Shown one piece after another: positions 22,277 to 32,559 of a stretch of 64,000 bases of DNA. Source of the DNA: Candidatus Cloacimonadales bacterium. Its GTDB lineage: Bacteria > Cloacimonadota > Cloacimonadia > G963667145. A program made the translations under genes and the position numbers. The notes below the pieces were generated by a model, which was given only the letters and a program-made list of their open reading frames with translations, had not been told where the DNA came from and made no database searches. How positions within the stretch are numbered: position 1 is the first letter of the stretch; each line of letters opens with the position of its first letter. The stretch lies in NCBI GenBank assembly GCA_965228195.1, contig OZ245797.1, positions 356,383 to 420,382 on the forward strand, written 5' to 3'.

Positions 22277-22449
22277 TTCGACCTCTTTTTCTTATTTTTT
22301 AGTAGTTATCAACACAAACGCCCTAAATCCTGTCAACCTCTTTTTGTTTTTAAATCACTTATCCACAAAAAGTAACGACTTTTTTCAGTGAAAAATTGTT
22401 TTAATTTATGTTTATTTCTTTGCTTGACTTTCTTACCTTTTAGAATTTC

Positions 22450-24396
22450 GTGCTTCTTAAAAGATCAAAGATTAACTCCTACAAGGAGGAAGTTATCAAA
22501 AAGTTAGAAATCCTGGCTCCGGCAGGAAACAAAGAGGCTTTTTTCGCTGCCATAGACGCTAAAGCCGACGCAATTTATCTGGGGCTAAAGAACTTTAGCG
22601 CCCGAGCCAGAGCCAACAACTTCAGCAAAGAAGATTTACCGTATCTGCTCCAATACGCTCACGCTCACCAGAAGACGAAAATCTACATCACCCTCAACAC
22701 GCTCATCAAAAACTGCGAGCTGCCAGAGCTTATCAAGACGCTCTATTTTTTGGACAAACTGAAAGTCGATGCGGTAATTTTTCAAGACTGGGCTGTGGCT
22801 CTCATCGCCCAAAAACTTTTCCCCCAGCTTACTTTGCACGCCAGCACCCAAATGGGATTTCACAACTCCCTGGAAGCAAACTTCGCCCGCAGCAAAGGGA
22901 TAAAGAGAGTCGTTTTGGCAAGGGAGATCACCAAGTTGGAGCTGAAAAAACTGCGAGAAAAAAGCAAGACCGAGCTGGAGCTGTTTGTGCACGGCTCTTT
23001 GTGTTACAGCGTTTCGGGGATGTGCCTTTTTAGCAGCTTCATCGGGGGCTTCAGCGGAAATCGCGGGCAGTGCAAACAGCCTTGCCGCCGCATCTATAAC
23101 GGGCACCACTACTTCAACCTCTGCGATCTAGAGCTACTGCAGGAGTTGCCCGAGCTAAAGAAAATCGGTATCGACTCTCTAAAGATCGAAGGCAGGATGA
23201 AATCAGCCGAATATGTTCACCGAGTCTGCCAAGCTTATAAACAAGGTGATAAAACGGTGGAAGATTTCGGCAGAGCCAAGAGCCAATACTTCTTCGCCCA
23301 GCAATTGCAAAAACCGATCATCGACTACCCTTTCATCGGCAAACTGATCGGCAAGGTGAGTCAAGTGGGCAAAGATTGGCTAAAAATAGACAGCCAGATA
23401 ACTTGGCAAGACGGCTTAAAAATCCGCATCATGGGCGCAGAAGGACACGACGCCAAGCAGTTCAAGATAAAAAAAGCGATGCTGACAAATCCAGAGAGTT
23501 TAGACAACCTGCCCCAAGAGGTAGTCCAAGGAGTCAAAAAAGGCGACAAGGTTTTCCTCACCGGCTGCCAAGATTACAAAACCAACCAAAAGGTGGAAAA
23601 GATAGATTTTGAGTTCGACTACAATCCCCAGATCGAAAAGAAGGTTTTGCCCCAAATGCGCAACAATCCACCGCTTCAGCGCGAACTGTTTGTCAAGATT
23701 GACTCACTCAAATGGCTAAGAAAAATCGACTTGCGCAATATCGACCGCTTGATCTTAGATTTTGAAAAGGTCGAGCTGGAGAAAGTCGATTTTCAGCAAA
23801 AATTTTTGCAGAAGTTCATCGACAAAATCGTGGTGGAACTACCCTCTTTTATCAGCCAAAACTCGCTTGTCGCTTACCAAAACTTGGTCACCAAACTGTA
23901 TCGCCAAAAAGTCAAGCGGTTCGTTTGCTTTGCCAAACAAGAAGATCTGCTCTTACCAGGTTGCACGGTCTATTACAAAGATCCGGTGATGAACGATCTG
24001 GCAGCACTTTTTCTTGCCAGCGACAACTTCTTTTACCCGCAAGAGGGCGAGCTGAAAAACGATTATCGATGCAAAAACGGCATCTATCCGCTCTACTTCA
24101 CGCCCAAACTTTTTTACTCACGCTGTCCGATAAAAGATTTTCAGAAGTTAGAGGTTGACCAGTTCACGCTCAAAAAAACTGTCAGAAACGGCTTTACAAT
24201 CGTCTATCCCGACAAGCCCGTTTCGATTATGGAGGAGAAGCCCAATCTTTACCAGCAAGGTTACCGCCGCTTTTTGCTCGACTTATCTTTCCAGAAACCG
24301 TCTAAGCATCTGATAACCAGACTAATAAGGGAATACGCCTACCCAGCCGAAGGGGTAGTGGGCTACAAGTTTAACTTCAAAAGAGGGCTAAAGTGA
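22450..24396 (+). CDS. peptidase U32 family protein (collagenase-like; long form with C-terminal extension)
   Basis: U32 signature ELFVHGSLCYSVSGMCLFSS and an N-terminal TIM-barrel region (LEILAPAGN...). Confidence 0.8.
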   Translation: MLLKRSKINSYKEEVIKKLEILAPAGNKEAFFAAIDAKADAIYLGLKNFSARARANNFSKEDLPYLLQYAHAHQKTKIYITLNTLIKNCELPELIKTLYFLDKLKVDAVIFQDWAVALIAQKLFPQLTLHASTQMGFHNSLEANFARSKGIKRVVLAREITKLELKKLREKSKTELELFVHGSLCYSVSGMCLFSSFIGGFSGNRGQCKQPCRRIYNGHHYFNLCDLELLQELPELKKIGIDSLKIEGRMKSAEYVHRVCQAYKQGDKTVEDFGRAKSQYFFAQQLQKPIIDYPFIGKLIGKVSQVGKDWLKIDSQITWQDGLKIRIMGAEGHDAKQFKIKKAMLTNPESLDNLPQEVVQGVKKGDKVFLTGCQDYKTNQKVEKIDFEFDYNPQIEKKVLPQMRNNPPLQRELFVKIDSLKWLRKIDLRNIDRLILDFEKVELEKVDFQQKFLQKFIDKIVVELPSFISQNSLVAYQNLVTKLYRQKVKRFVCFAKQEDLLLPGCTVYYKDPVMNDLAALFLASDNFFYPQEGELKNDYRCKNGIYPLYFTPKLFYSRCPIKDFQKLEVDQFTLKKTVRNGFTIVYPDKPVSIMEEKPNLYQQGYRRFLLDLSFQKPSKHLITRLIREYAYPAEGVVGYKFNFKRGLK

Positions 24397-25325
24397 TTAA
24401 AAAAATCGCCGACTATATCCAAGCTCATTTCAGCACCGTCTTCTTGGTGGTAATCTGCTTGGGATTGTGGCAACCGGCTCTGCTCTGGCCGCTACAAGGT
24501 TACATCGACAAGCTGCTGATGGGAGCGCTTTTTTTGGGCTGTCTGAAGATCGAGTTTAGCGAGTTTACTCACCTTAAGAGCAACCTGAGCAAAATCATCG
24601 TCCTCAGCCTTGCCACGGTCACCGCTTTGCCGCTGTTTGTTTATCTGCTGGTGTTTTGGTTACCTTTGCCCACAGCTCTGGGCCTTACCATGATCGCCGC
24701 CGCTCCAGGGGCGATGATGTCACCGCTGATAGCCGGGATGTGGAACTTGCGCATCCTCTGGACCAGCATCTATGTCATCCTCACCTCCGCCCTTTTACCG
24801 CTGAGTTTCCCTTATGTCATCCTCTTTCTTTTCGGCTCCAAGATAGATGTTTCGGTTTTACAGATGAGTCTATTTTTGGCAAAGATGATTATCGTCCCTT
24901 GCGTTTTGGCTTTCTTGTGCAAGAGGTTTGCTCCTTTCTGGTCACAAAAAACTTCCGAAAACTCGGGGGCTATCGGCAGTTTGTGCATCGCCCTTTTCGT
25001 GGCAATCATCGTGGCAAGCAATCGCGACTTTTTGCTAAACGGGTTTACCCAAACACAAACTTTCGTCTCTTTAGCTTTTATGATCTTCCTCTTTTTCATC
25101 CGCTTTGGCATCGGCTACCTAGTGCCAGCCAAAGAGAAGAAAGAGAAGCTGACCAACTGTATGATGTTTGGCTGTATGAACAACGGCATCGTCATCATCG
25201 TCGCCAGCAAGTTCTTCTCTCCCGAAGTGCAACTGGTGCTGCTACTCTCGGAAATACCTTGGAGCTTTTCTTTACCAATTTTTAAGCGGTTCTTGGACAG
25301 AAAAAAAAGAAATTTAAAAATATGA
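24393..25325 (+). CDS. membrane transporter, probably bile acid:Na+ symporter (BASS/AEC-like) family
   Basis: 310 aa with about 9-10 TM segments. Organisation and the MIAAAPGAMMSPL motif resemble BASS transporters. The start overlaps the U32 stop (ATGA). Confidence 0.45.
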   Translation: MIKKIADYIQAHFSTVFLVVICLGLWQPALLWPLQGYIDKLLMGALFLGCLKIEFSEFTHLKSNLSKIIVLSLATVTALPLFVYLLVFWLPLPTALGLTMIAAAPGAMMSPLIAGMWNLRILWTSIYVILTSALLPLSFPYVILFLFGSKIDVSVLQMSLFLAKMIIVPCVLAFLCKRFAPFWSQKTSENSGAIGSLCIALFVAIIVASNRDFLLNGFTQTQTFVSLAFMIFLFFIRFGIGYLVPAKEKKEKLTNCMMFGCMNNGIVIIVASKFFSPEVQLVLLLSEIPWSFSLPIFKRFLDRKKRNLKI

Positions 25326-26158
25326 GCAACTACTTAAAAACAGAGTGGGACTACGATTTGGACAAGCTGGTCGAACTTTTCGACGAGTTACCACTTTGGG
25401 CTGCTCCTTTTGGCTTAAAGCTTTTGGACAATATCAACTACAGGCAAGAGATTAAGGTGCTGGATATTGGCTTTGGAGCGGGTTTCCCCTTGACCGAACT
25501 GGCAATGAGACTAGGTAAAAAATCTAAGATTTATGGAGTTGATCCTTGGGAAAGTGCGGTAAACAGGGCAAAGAAGAAAATCGATTTTTATCAGATAAAA
25601 AATGTGGAGATAATCCGTGGCGTTGCCGAAAAGATCCCACTTGGCAAAAACACAATCGATTTGATCGTCAGCAACAACGGTTTGAACAATGTAGAAAACC
25701 TCGATAAGTCTCTTTTGGAGTGTGCCAGAGTGGCTAAAAGCGGCGCACAATTTATCCAAACTATGAACCTAAACACCACTATGATCGAGTTTTATAAGGT
25801 GATGAAAGAGGTGCTTGAGAGTTTGCAACTCGATAAAAGTTTGATCGAAATGGAAAAACAAATCTACCAAAAGCGCAAACCCCTAGACCAGTATATAGGC
25901 AAAATCGAAGCCAAAGGTTTTTGCGTAAACAAAGTTCTTCCCAGCCAGTTCCAATACAAGTTTGTCGATGGAACCACGATGTTTCATCACCACTTCATCA
26001 GGTTAGCTTTCCTCGATAGCTGGAAAAAGATTGTTCCCAAAGAAAAACAAAAAAAGGTGTTTAGCCTGATCGAAAAAAAGCTAAACAAGAGATCTCAAGA
26101 AGAGGGAATAATAAAACTAACCGTTCCTTTCGTGGTGATCGATGCCAAGCGATTATAA
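25322..26158 (+). CDS. class I SAM-dependent methyltransferase
   Basis: Motif I VLDIGFGAGFPLTELA, an acidic residue at the end of beta-2 (YGVDP), and motif IV LIVSNNG. Confidence 0.75.
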   Translation: MSNYLKTEWDYDLDKLVELFDELPLWAAPFGLKLLDNINYRQEIKVLDIGFGAGFPLTELAMRLGKKSKIYGVDPWESAVNRAKKKIDFYQIKNVEIIRGVAEKIPLGKNTIDLIVSNNGLNNVENLDKSLLECARVAKSGAQFIQTMNLNTTMIEFYKVMKEVLESLQLDKSLIEMEKQIYQKRKPLDQYIGKIEAKGFCVNKVLPSQFQYKFVDGTTMFHHHFIRLAFLDSWKKIVPKEKQKKVFSLIEKKLNKRSQEEGIIKLTVPFVVIDAKRL

Positions 26159-26187
26159 AAATAGATAAAAGTAACTAAAAGGAAAAA

Positions 26188-26904
26188 ATGAAACCGAAAA
26201 GAAAACTATTAACCTTGCTCTTTTTCTTAATGACACTCTCTTTAGCGGCACAGCAGCAAGGAGCAAAACTATCGATAGTGGGCAAAGCCAAGATGATGAC
26301 CCTACCGGACATCACATCCGTAACCATAAAGTTAGTCTCAGAAAACAAAGATTACTCCAAGGCGATAAGCCAATTACAAGATAGGGCAAAAGCGTTTAAA
26401 AAATTTTTGAAAACGAAAGGGGTGTCTGCCAGTTACCTAAAGTCGGAAAATTTCCAAGTAAGCAAAAAAATCGATTACCAAGAAAAGAAGAAAGTTTGCC
26501 GCGGCTATTACGCTAGCCTTTTTATAAACTTGGAATTTTTGCATAACAACCAGCTGGTCAATACACTAATCAACGACATCGGAGACTCGAACACGGAAGC
26601 TGAAATAACCATCGGCTTTCGGGTTTCAGACAACAAACAAGACTCCATCGACGAGCAGCTGATCAAGCTGGCAATAAAAGACGCCAAGAAGAAAGCGGTG
26701 ACAATCTCAAACTCCACCGACCAAAAAATCGATCGCATAGAGAAGATAGAGTATGGTGTCAAAGATAACCTCACCTACCAAAAATCTGCTCGATTCCTGA
26801 CAGGTTCCGCCTTGGAAAGCAGCCCTTCTAACTTTGCGATAACCCCCAAAGAGATCGAAAATTCAACCCAGATCACAATCTACTGGTTATTGAAAGACAG
26901 ATAA
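26188..26904 (+). CDS. SIMPL-domain (DUF541) secreted protein
   Basis: Signal peptide followed by a SIMPL-like two-domain arrangement (…KLSIVGKAKMMTLPDITSVTIKL...). Confidence 0.5.
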   Translation: MKPKRKLLTLLFFLMTLSLAAQQQGAKLSIVGKAKMMTLPDITSVTIKLVSENKDYSKAISQLQDRAKAFKKFLKTKGVSASYLKSENFQVSKKIDYQEKKKVCRGYYASLFINLEFLHNNQLVNTLINDIGDSNTEAEITIGFRVSDNKQDSIDEQLIKLAIKDAKKKAVTISNSTDQKIDRIEKIEYGVKDNLTYQKSARFLTGSALESSPSNFAITPKEIENSTQITIYWLLKDR

Positions 26905-26935
26905 TTTTAAGATTAAAGTTAAGGAGAAAATTAAA

Positions 26936-27394
26936 ATGAAAAACAAAGATTATCAGGCGGACGAAAAACGGCTCAAAAAGCGAGAAAATCACAACAACAG
27001 GCTGATAGCTAAGTTTAAAGATTACCTTGAAAAAAAATCACTGAAACCAAAGACGATCGGAAAACATATTTTTAATATTAAATTTTTTGCAAACAATTAT
27101 TTACTCTATTACGATGACTCGGCGATAGAGGAAGGTTTTTTAGGGATTGGATCTTTTCTAGGATACTATTTTATCAGAAAAACGAATTGGTCAAGCAAGA
27201 GTACGATCTTGGAAAACATTACCAGTATTAAGAAGTTTTATACATTTATGCAAGAGATTGGGAAAATTTCAAAAGAAGATTTGGACGAATTAAAAGAGTC
27301 TATAAAAGATGGGAAAGAAGATTGGCTCGAAGAGATGGAAAACTATATGAACAATATTGAGGTTGACGACGATATTGAAGAAGAATATTATTAG
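26936..27394 (+). CDS. hypothetical protein resembling a stand-alone phage-integrase N-terminal SAM-like (core-binding) domain with acidic tail
   Basis: IAKFKDYLEKKSLKPKTIGKHIFNIKFFANNYL...ITSIKKFYTFM resembles the integrase core-binding domain. There is no catalytic domain, and the C-terminus is D/E-rich. Confidence 0.4.
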   Translation: MKNKDYQADEKRLKKRENHNNRLIAKFKDYLEKKSLKPKTIGKHIFNIKFFANNYLLYYDDSAIEEGFLGIGSFLGYYFIRKTNWSSKSTILENITSIKKFYTFMQEIGKISKEDLDELKESIKDGKEDWLEEMENYMNNIEVDDDIEEEYY

Positions 27395-27461
27395 GATCAA
27401 GCCATTAAATGGCTCAGGAAAATAATCAACACTCACGATTCTTGGACAAAAAAAGGAAACT

Positions 27462-27680
27462 ATGTATCCTTACCACAACAAAATAAAGCAGCGAATTAAG
27501 AACAACGAACTGATTAACTTCGAGTATGTTGATGAGTATCACAAAATAAGCCCTTGCCTGCTACTATATTTTTATACCGAGCCGAAGATCAGACCAATTA
27601 GAGAGCATCGTTTTGCCGAGTATGAGCAAATTCTGAAGAAAATATTTCCGAAAGTGAAAAAGTTGTTTTCTACACTTTAA
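27462..27680 (+). CDS. hypothetical small protein
   Basis: 72-aa ORF between two co-directional genes. No motif recognised, so weak support. Confidence 0.25.
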   Translation: MYPYHNKIKQRIKNNELINFEYVDEYHKISPCLLLYFYTEPKIRPIREHRFAEYEQILKKIFPKVKKLFSTL

Positions 27681-27765
27681 TTTATTGCTTGACAAAGAAT
27701 TAAATGTTTCCACTCTGGCAGAAAATCGATTTTAAATTAAAGAAACTGCAGTTTTAATTATCAAA

Positions 27766-28248
27766 TTGGAGAAAATTATGAATTTTGAGATTAGAACGAT
27801 CGGAAAGGTCAAAAAAGAGAAAGGAAAATCTTTTATCTGTTTGCAACCGGAGTTCAGAAAAGGGCTTACCAACATCCAAGGTTTCAGCCACCTAAACATC
27901 TTTTGGTGGGCTGATGGTTGCCAAGAAAAAGATAGAAGCGTTTTGCTGATCGACTCTCCCTACAAATCTGCTCCCAGCCAGATAGGTGTGTTTGCCACCA
28001 GATCTCCTTATAGACCCAACCCGATAGCGCTCTCACCCATATTTGTGCTAGATGTGGATGTGGAAAAAGGCGTCATCAGCTTCCCTTACATCGATGCCGA
28101 AAACGGAACTCCGGTGATCGATATCAAGCCTTACCACCCTTGCTCAGATAGAATAGAGAAGGCGACTGTTCCCGACTGGTGTAGCCATTGGCCAAGCTCT
28201 TACGAAGAGTCGGCAAACTTCGACTGGGAAAAAGAGTTTAACTTCTAA
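27766..28248 (+). CDS. trmO: tRNA (adenine37-N6)-methyltransferase TrmO/TsaA (YaeB family)
   Basis: Characteristic IGKVKKEKG...FSHLNIFWWADGC...RSPYRPNPIALS...PVIDIKPYHP motifs. Confidence 0.8.
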   Translation: MEKIMNFEIRTIGKVKKEKGKSFICLQPEFRKGLTNIQGFSHLNIFWWADGCQEKDRSVLLIDSPYKSAPSQIGVFATRSPYRPNPIALSPIFVLDVDVEKGVISFPYIDAENGTPVIDIKPYHPCSDRIEKATVPDWCSHWPSSYEESANFDWEKEFNF

Positions 28249-30524
28249 AGAGCTACTTCGCTCACGCCGTCCCCTCCCAGATTCTCGGGAGGGACGGTAA
28301 ATTTTAGCTTTCGCTGCCTTAGATACTGACGCACCTTGCTTGCCAACACCCCTTTGCCATGCACGATGCGCACCAAATCTAACCCTGCCAAAAGAGCTTC
28401 GTCCACAAAGCGGTCTATTTCCACCTTGGCTTCTAGAAAATTTTTACCCATCAACTTCAGTTCTCTGCTGGTGGTTGCCGCTGCCAACACCTTTTGGCGC
28501 TGAGCTTTCTTCTTTTTAACGGCTCCATGCGGCTGATAAAGATTTTGGGTGCTACAGGAGATGGTCAATCCTCCCACCTCCACCTTCGCTTTCGTGCCAT
28601 CCACAGCGATAACTTTACCGTTTTCCTTAAAATTTTTGACAAAGACGCTCTGCCCTACCTGCACGCAGCTCAGTGGCTTCTCCTGCTCAAACTCCTGCTC
28701 TTGCAAAGCTTTGACGATTTGTGCCGATTTTTGAAAAAGCTCTTGGCTACTTTTACTTTTCTTGGCTTTTTTCAGCTCCAAACTAAACTTCGCCTGCAAA
28801 CCTTCGAAGTATCGCATCGCCTTGGCGAGTTGCTCTTTCTCGATCTTCTTCCGGTTTTTTTGCAAAGCTTCCAACTTTTGAGCGTAAAGATTTTTGTAAG
28901 ACTCCACCTGAGCCAGCTCTTTTTTCAGCCGGCTGTTTTTTTGTTGCCAGGCATTTTTCTCTTTGCCCATATCGGACAAGAGCGTCGAGAGCAAAAGGGC
29001 GTCGTCGTCCAGAAGTTGCTTTGCTCTAGCCAAGATAGTAGCATCGAAGCGCAAGTTTTTGGCTAGTTCCAAGGCGTGACTATCGGCTGGATAACCGACC
29101 TGCAGGTGGTAAGTGGGGTTGTGAGTCTGAGCATCGAAACTCATCGAAGCGTTTTGACAAAGCGGACTGTGATGAGCAAAAAGCTTGAGCTTGTTCAAGT
29201 GGGTGGAGATTACGCCAATGCTCCCGTTGGCACAAAGCGACTCTAAGGCAGCGGCTCCCAAGGCAAAGCCTTGCTCGGGGTCGGTGTAAGAGCCCAGCTC
29301 GTCGAACAAAACCAACGACTTTTCGCCACTCTGAACAAGCGCTTTTTTAAGAGTTGCCAAATATCCCGAGAACGAAGAAAGCTGGCTCTGCAAAGATTGC
29401 ATATCGCCGATACCCACAAAATAGTTATCGAACACCCCCACCTGGCTTTGCGCATCGGCAGGGATGAGCAAACCACAGTTGACCATCAAGCTCAGAAGCC
29501 CTACCCCTTTGAGGAAAACACTCTTACCCCCGGCGTTCGCTCCCGAGACGACCAAATAGGTGTAGCTCCCTCCAAGCTCGACAGAAAAAGGCACGCACCT
29601 TTGCTCGGCGTCCAACTTGAGCAAAGGGTGATAAGCGCAGCGAAGTTTCAGCCTCGCCTCTGGGATCACCTTCACCCTTTTGGCGCCCAGCTCTTGGCTA
29701 AACTCAGCCAAACCGAAGTAGTAGTCCAGCTTAGCCAAAATATCTTGATTTTGCAAGAGGCAACTGGACTGGGAAAAAACTTGCTGGCTGAACTGTTGCA
29801 ATATTTTATTAATCTCCTGCAGCTTCTGGTCACGCAGATCGCGCAAAAGGTTGTTTTGCGGCACCACCTCTTGTGGCTCGACATAGACCGACGACCTGCT
29901 GGCACTGCGTCCGTGAACCACACCCTGAAGGTTACGGGCAGCCTTGGTCAAGACAAGCACTCTACCTTCCCGATAAGTGACAAAATCTTGTTGTGTGTCA
30001 AGATAACTCTTTTCGAGCAAGCTGTTTATCTGCACTTCCAACGAGCGGATTCTGGTGCAAATCTGACTCAGCTTACCACTAGCGGTCTCTTTCACCTTGC
30101 CGTTCTCGTCAAAAATCTGCTGAAAGCTTGTTAACAAGGTTGCCAACGAATGCAAGCTGTCTATGCTGCTACCCAGCAAGTGCAAATCGACCTTCTCCAG
30201 ATCTTCCAGAGTCGCCCAACTCCTTTTGAACTCACCGCTCAAACTGCAAATGTTTTTCACTCTTTGCAACTGCTCGAACTCCAAAAGTTGAGGTGTTTGC
30301 AATATTTGAGTAACCTCTAGCAAGGCGTCAAACCGCACCCGCTGAACCTTGCTGATGTAGCTTATGCACTGAAAGATCAGCTCTTGCTCTGCCAAGATCG
30401 CCTCTTTCTTGCCCAGAGGTCGCAACTTTGCCACCATCTTTTGCCCCAGCGGGCTGTGGATCTTGTCTTTAATCAGTTGTTGCAATCGCTGAAAACCTAA
30501 AGCTTGACTCCAATCTTGTTTCAT
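28245..30524 (-). CDS. mutS2: endonuclease MutS2 (MutS domain III-V plus C-terminal Smr domain)
   Basis: 759 aa. Walker A GANAGGKS in the ATPase core and a C-terminal Smr domain (…DLVRIVHGKG...). Convergent 4-nt overlap with trmO. Confidence 0.92.
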   Translation of the reverse strand: MKQDWSQALGFQRLQQLIKDKIHSPLGQKMVAKLRPLGKKEAILAEQELIFQCISYISKVQRVRFDALLEVTQILQTPQLLEFEQLQRVKNICSLSGEFKRSWATLEDLEKVDLHLLGSSIDSLHSLATLLTSFQQIFDENGKVKETASGKLSQICTRIRSLEVQINSLLEKSYLDTQQDFVTYREGRVLVLTKAARNLQGVVHGRSASRSSVYVEPQEVVPQNNLLRDLRDQKLQEINKILQQFSQQVFSQSSCLLQNQDILAKLDYYFGLAEFSQELGAKRVKVIPEARLKLRCAYHPLLKLDAEQRCVPFSVELGGSYTYLVVSGANAGGKSVFLKGVGLLSLMVNCGLLIPADAQSQVGVFDNYFVGIGDMQSLQSQLSSFSGYLATLKKALVQSGEKSLVLFDELGSYTDPEQGFALGAAALESLCANGSIGVISTHLNKLKLFAHHSPLCQNASMSFDAQTHNPTYHLQVGYPADSHALELAKNLRFDATILARAKQLLDDDALLLSTLLSDMGKEKNAWQQKNSRLKKELAQVESYKNLYAQKLEALQKNRKKIEKEQLAKAMRYFEGLQAKFSLELKKAKKSKSSQELFQKSAQIVKALQEQEFEQEKPLSCVQVGQSVFVKNFKENGKVIAVDGTKAKVEVGGLTISCSTQNLYQPHGAVKKKKAQRQKVLAAATTSRELKLMGKNFLEAKVEIDRFVDEALLAGLDLVRIVHGKGVLASKVRQYLRQRKLKFTVPPENLGGDGVSEVAL

Positions 30525-30560
30525 CTTTTCCTTTGAAAAAATCTTTAATAATAAACTTGC

Positions 30561-30947
30561 TTGACTCTTGCCCCAAAATCAAGACTACTACTTCTTATGA
30601 ACGACAAAGGCGTAAAATACGAAAACATAGCAAGGAAATTCCTGCAAAACAAGGGGTTTGAGATCTTGACCCAAAACTTCTTTTGCTCCCGCGGTGAGAT
30701 AGATATCATCGCCTGGAAAGATCACTGGCTCTGCTTTACCGAAGTGCGTTACCGAGCCCAAAACTTGGAGAGTGCCATCCAGAGCGTCGACAAAAAGAAA
30801 GCGGAAAAAATCAAGCTGGCTGCCCAAAATTTTTTGTGGCAAAACCCTTGGTTTGAGAACTCCAATCTAAGATTCGACCTTGTTGCCATCTCCAAAGACA
30901 AAAAAAGCGGCAAATACTTTATCCAGCACCTAAAAAACTTCTTTTGA
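30561..30947 (+). CDS. yraN: YraN family (UPF0102) endonuclease; likely start at internal Met (30597)
   Basis: KGVKYENIARKFLQNKGFEILTQNFFCSRGEIDIIAWKDHWLCFTEVRYR matches UPF0102. Confidence 0.75.
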   Translation: MTLAPKSRLLLLMNDKGVKYENIARKFLQNKGFEILTQNFFCSRGEIDIIAWKDHWLCFTEVRYRAQNLESAIQSVDKKKAEKIKLAAQNFLWQNPWFENSNLRFDLVAISKDKKSGKYFIQHLKNFF

Positions 30948-30952
30948 AAAAG

Positions 30953-31708
30953 TTAATCGGCACAGTACTCTGCCAAGATTTTCTCGTAGCAAGTTTGACA
31001 AACCTTTTTTCTGCCTAGGCTGCCGTCCAAACACCCCAAGAAACTGACTCTGACCTTGGCGCTTTTGACCCTCACCAGACCAATAAAATGGCGGATAAAC
31101 TTGATCTTGCCGTAGTAGTAAAGGCTATCACGGTTACTCTTATTGACCTTCTTGCCGTTGACCTGCAGGTATTTGATGCAAAACGGAACCACCTTACTGT
31201 GTTGTGCGGCAGCGAAGAGCGAGGCTTTGAACTTCTGCACAGAAGTTCCATCGGAGGTGGTGCCTTCGGGAAAAAGGAAGATCGGCAAGTCGCTATCCAA
31301 CACCCGTTTAGTCGCTTCTATATCGCTCAAAAGCTGACTCTTGTTTCGCCTTTCGATGAAAAGACTACCACCCATAGTTGCCAACAGCGCTTGCAAGATG
31401 TGCTTTTTCAAATCGACCGAGGTGATAAAAAGAGTCGGCATCAGCGAGGCGATGATCACGATATCCAGATAAGACAGATGGTTGCAAACAAACAGGTTAC
31501 CTTGCCTTACGGGCAAATTTTGCAAACCTTTCGTCTGAATACTGATGTGCAACAATCGCAGCGCCCTTTTCGCCCACTTGGAGGTGTTGCGCATAAAAAA
31601 CAAACGCCGCTGATATAGATGCCAGTAGCGAACATATCCCCAAAAGGAGTTGAGAATGTAGGCGACTACATAGAAAAAAAATAAAGAAAGTTTCAGAAGA
31701 TAAATCAT
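30953..31708 (-). CDS. plsC: 1-acyl-sn-glycerol-3-phosphate acyltransferase (PlsC/LPLAT family)
   Basis: HxxxxD box (CNHLSYLD) and FPEGTTS motif. Confidence 0.8.
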   Translation of the reverse strand: MIYLLKLSLFFFYVVAYILNSFWGYVRYWHLYQRRLFFMRNTSKWAKRALRLLHISIQTKGLQNLPVRQGNLFVCNHLSYLDIVIIASLMPTLFITSVDLKKHILQALLATMGGSLFIERRNKSQLLSDIEATKRVLDSDLPIFLFPEGTTSDGTSVQKFKASLFAAAQHSKVVPFCIKYLQVNGKKVNKSNRDSLYYYGKIKFIRHFIGLVRVKSAKVRVSFLGCLDGSLGRKKVCQTCYEKILAEYCAD

Positions 31709-31744
31709 TTTTTAAAATAGTTAGTCACACCATTTTTTTAATTG

Positions 31745-32175
31745 AATTTAAAACCGACATTTCTAATTCCTTATATATCTGTGCTACTTTTTTAGTTACA
31801 CTAAATTACTCAAAGTCCAATCACAAAGTTACTCAATGTTTTTTCTTTCCACAAAAATTAAATTTTATACTTAGTGCATTAACTTCGTAACACTTGGTGC
31901 TACTCTTTTTTTTAGGTTCACAAAGTTACTCAAAGTTGGGACACTAAGTTACTCAATGTTTTTGTTAACATAAAATTAAGTATCAATACTTGGTGACACT
32001 TTGTGCTACTTCTTTTCCAGGTTCACAAAGTTACCCAAAGTCAGAACACAAAGTCACACAATGTTTTTTCTTATCATAAAAATTAAATTTCATACTTCGT
32101 GCTACTTAGTGCATTAACTTCGTGGTACTTCGTGCTACTTTTTCTTTTAGTTACACTAAGTTACTCAAAGTCCAA
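31745..32175. repeat. tandem array (about 3.5 units) of an about 120-bp repeat, left block
   Basis: Each unit is roughly tt(a/g)gtt(a/c)ca(c/a)(t/a)aagttactcaaagtNNNNNcac(t/a)aagttactcaatgtttttNtt(aaca)taaaattaagtatcaatacttggtgacactttgtgctac(t). Each unit contains an internal direct half-site pair CAC(A/T)AAGTTACTCAA(A/T)GT. Confidence 0.7.
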
Positions 32176-32547
32176 TCACAAAACTAAACGCTTTATTCCA
32201 TCTCTTAAAGATTTTTTGTAAAAATTTAACAAAAGTCCAAGTTTGCAATGAACAAATCTCATATAAGTCAGTCCTTGTGCAATATGCTCAACACTAAAAT
32301 CATCTACAACTTTAAGTTCAATAACTACTTTTTTATTTACTAAAATATCTACTCTATATCCGCAATCAAACTTTATACCTTCATAAAAAACAGGGATTTC
32401 AACCTCTTCTTCTGCAATCAATCCTGATCTATTTAGCTCATAAGCCAGCGCTCCTCTATAAACTTTTTCAAGTAAACCAGAGCCCAGTTTTGTATGTACC
32501 TTAAAAGCACAATCTAAAATAATTTTACTAATTTCGTTTTCGTTCAT
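32176..32547 (-). CDS. GxxExxY protein (TIGR04256; PD-(D/E)XK nuclease-like small protein)
   Basis: 123 aa. N-terminal KIILDCAFKVHTKLGSGLLEKVYRGALAYEL contains the eponymous G-x-x-E-x-x-Y motif. Confidence 0.75.
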   Translation of the reverse strand: MNENEISKIILDCAFKVHTKLGSGLLEKVYRGALAYELNRSGLIAEEEVEIPVFYEGIKFDCGYRVDILVNKKVVIELKVVDDFSVEHIAQGLTYMRFVHCKLGLLLNFYKKSLRDGIKRLVL

Positions 32548-32559
32548 AACTTATTACTA

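Noticed and set aside
28267-28297. Hairpin CCGTCCCCTCCC-agattctc-GGGAGGGACGG near the trmO/mutS2 convergent overlap
   Set aside because: It lies inside the mutS2 3' coding sequence (encoding part of the Smr domain). It may act as a bidirectional terminator, but this cannot be separated from coding constraints.
28494-30134. Long plus-strand ORFs (190 and 287 aa) inside mutS2
   Set aside because: They are antisense to a well-supported 759-aa MutS2 gene, with low-complexity L/Q-rich translation and no motifs.
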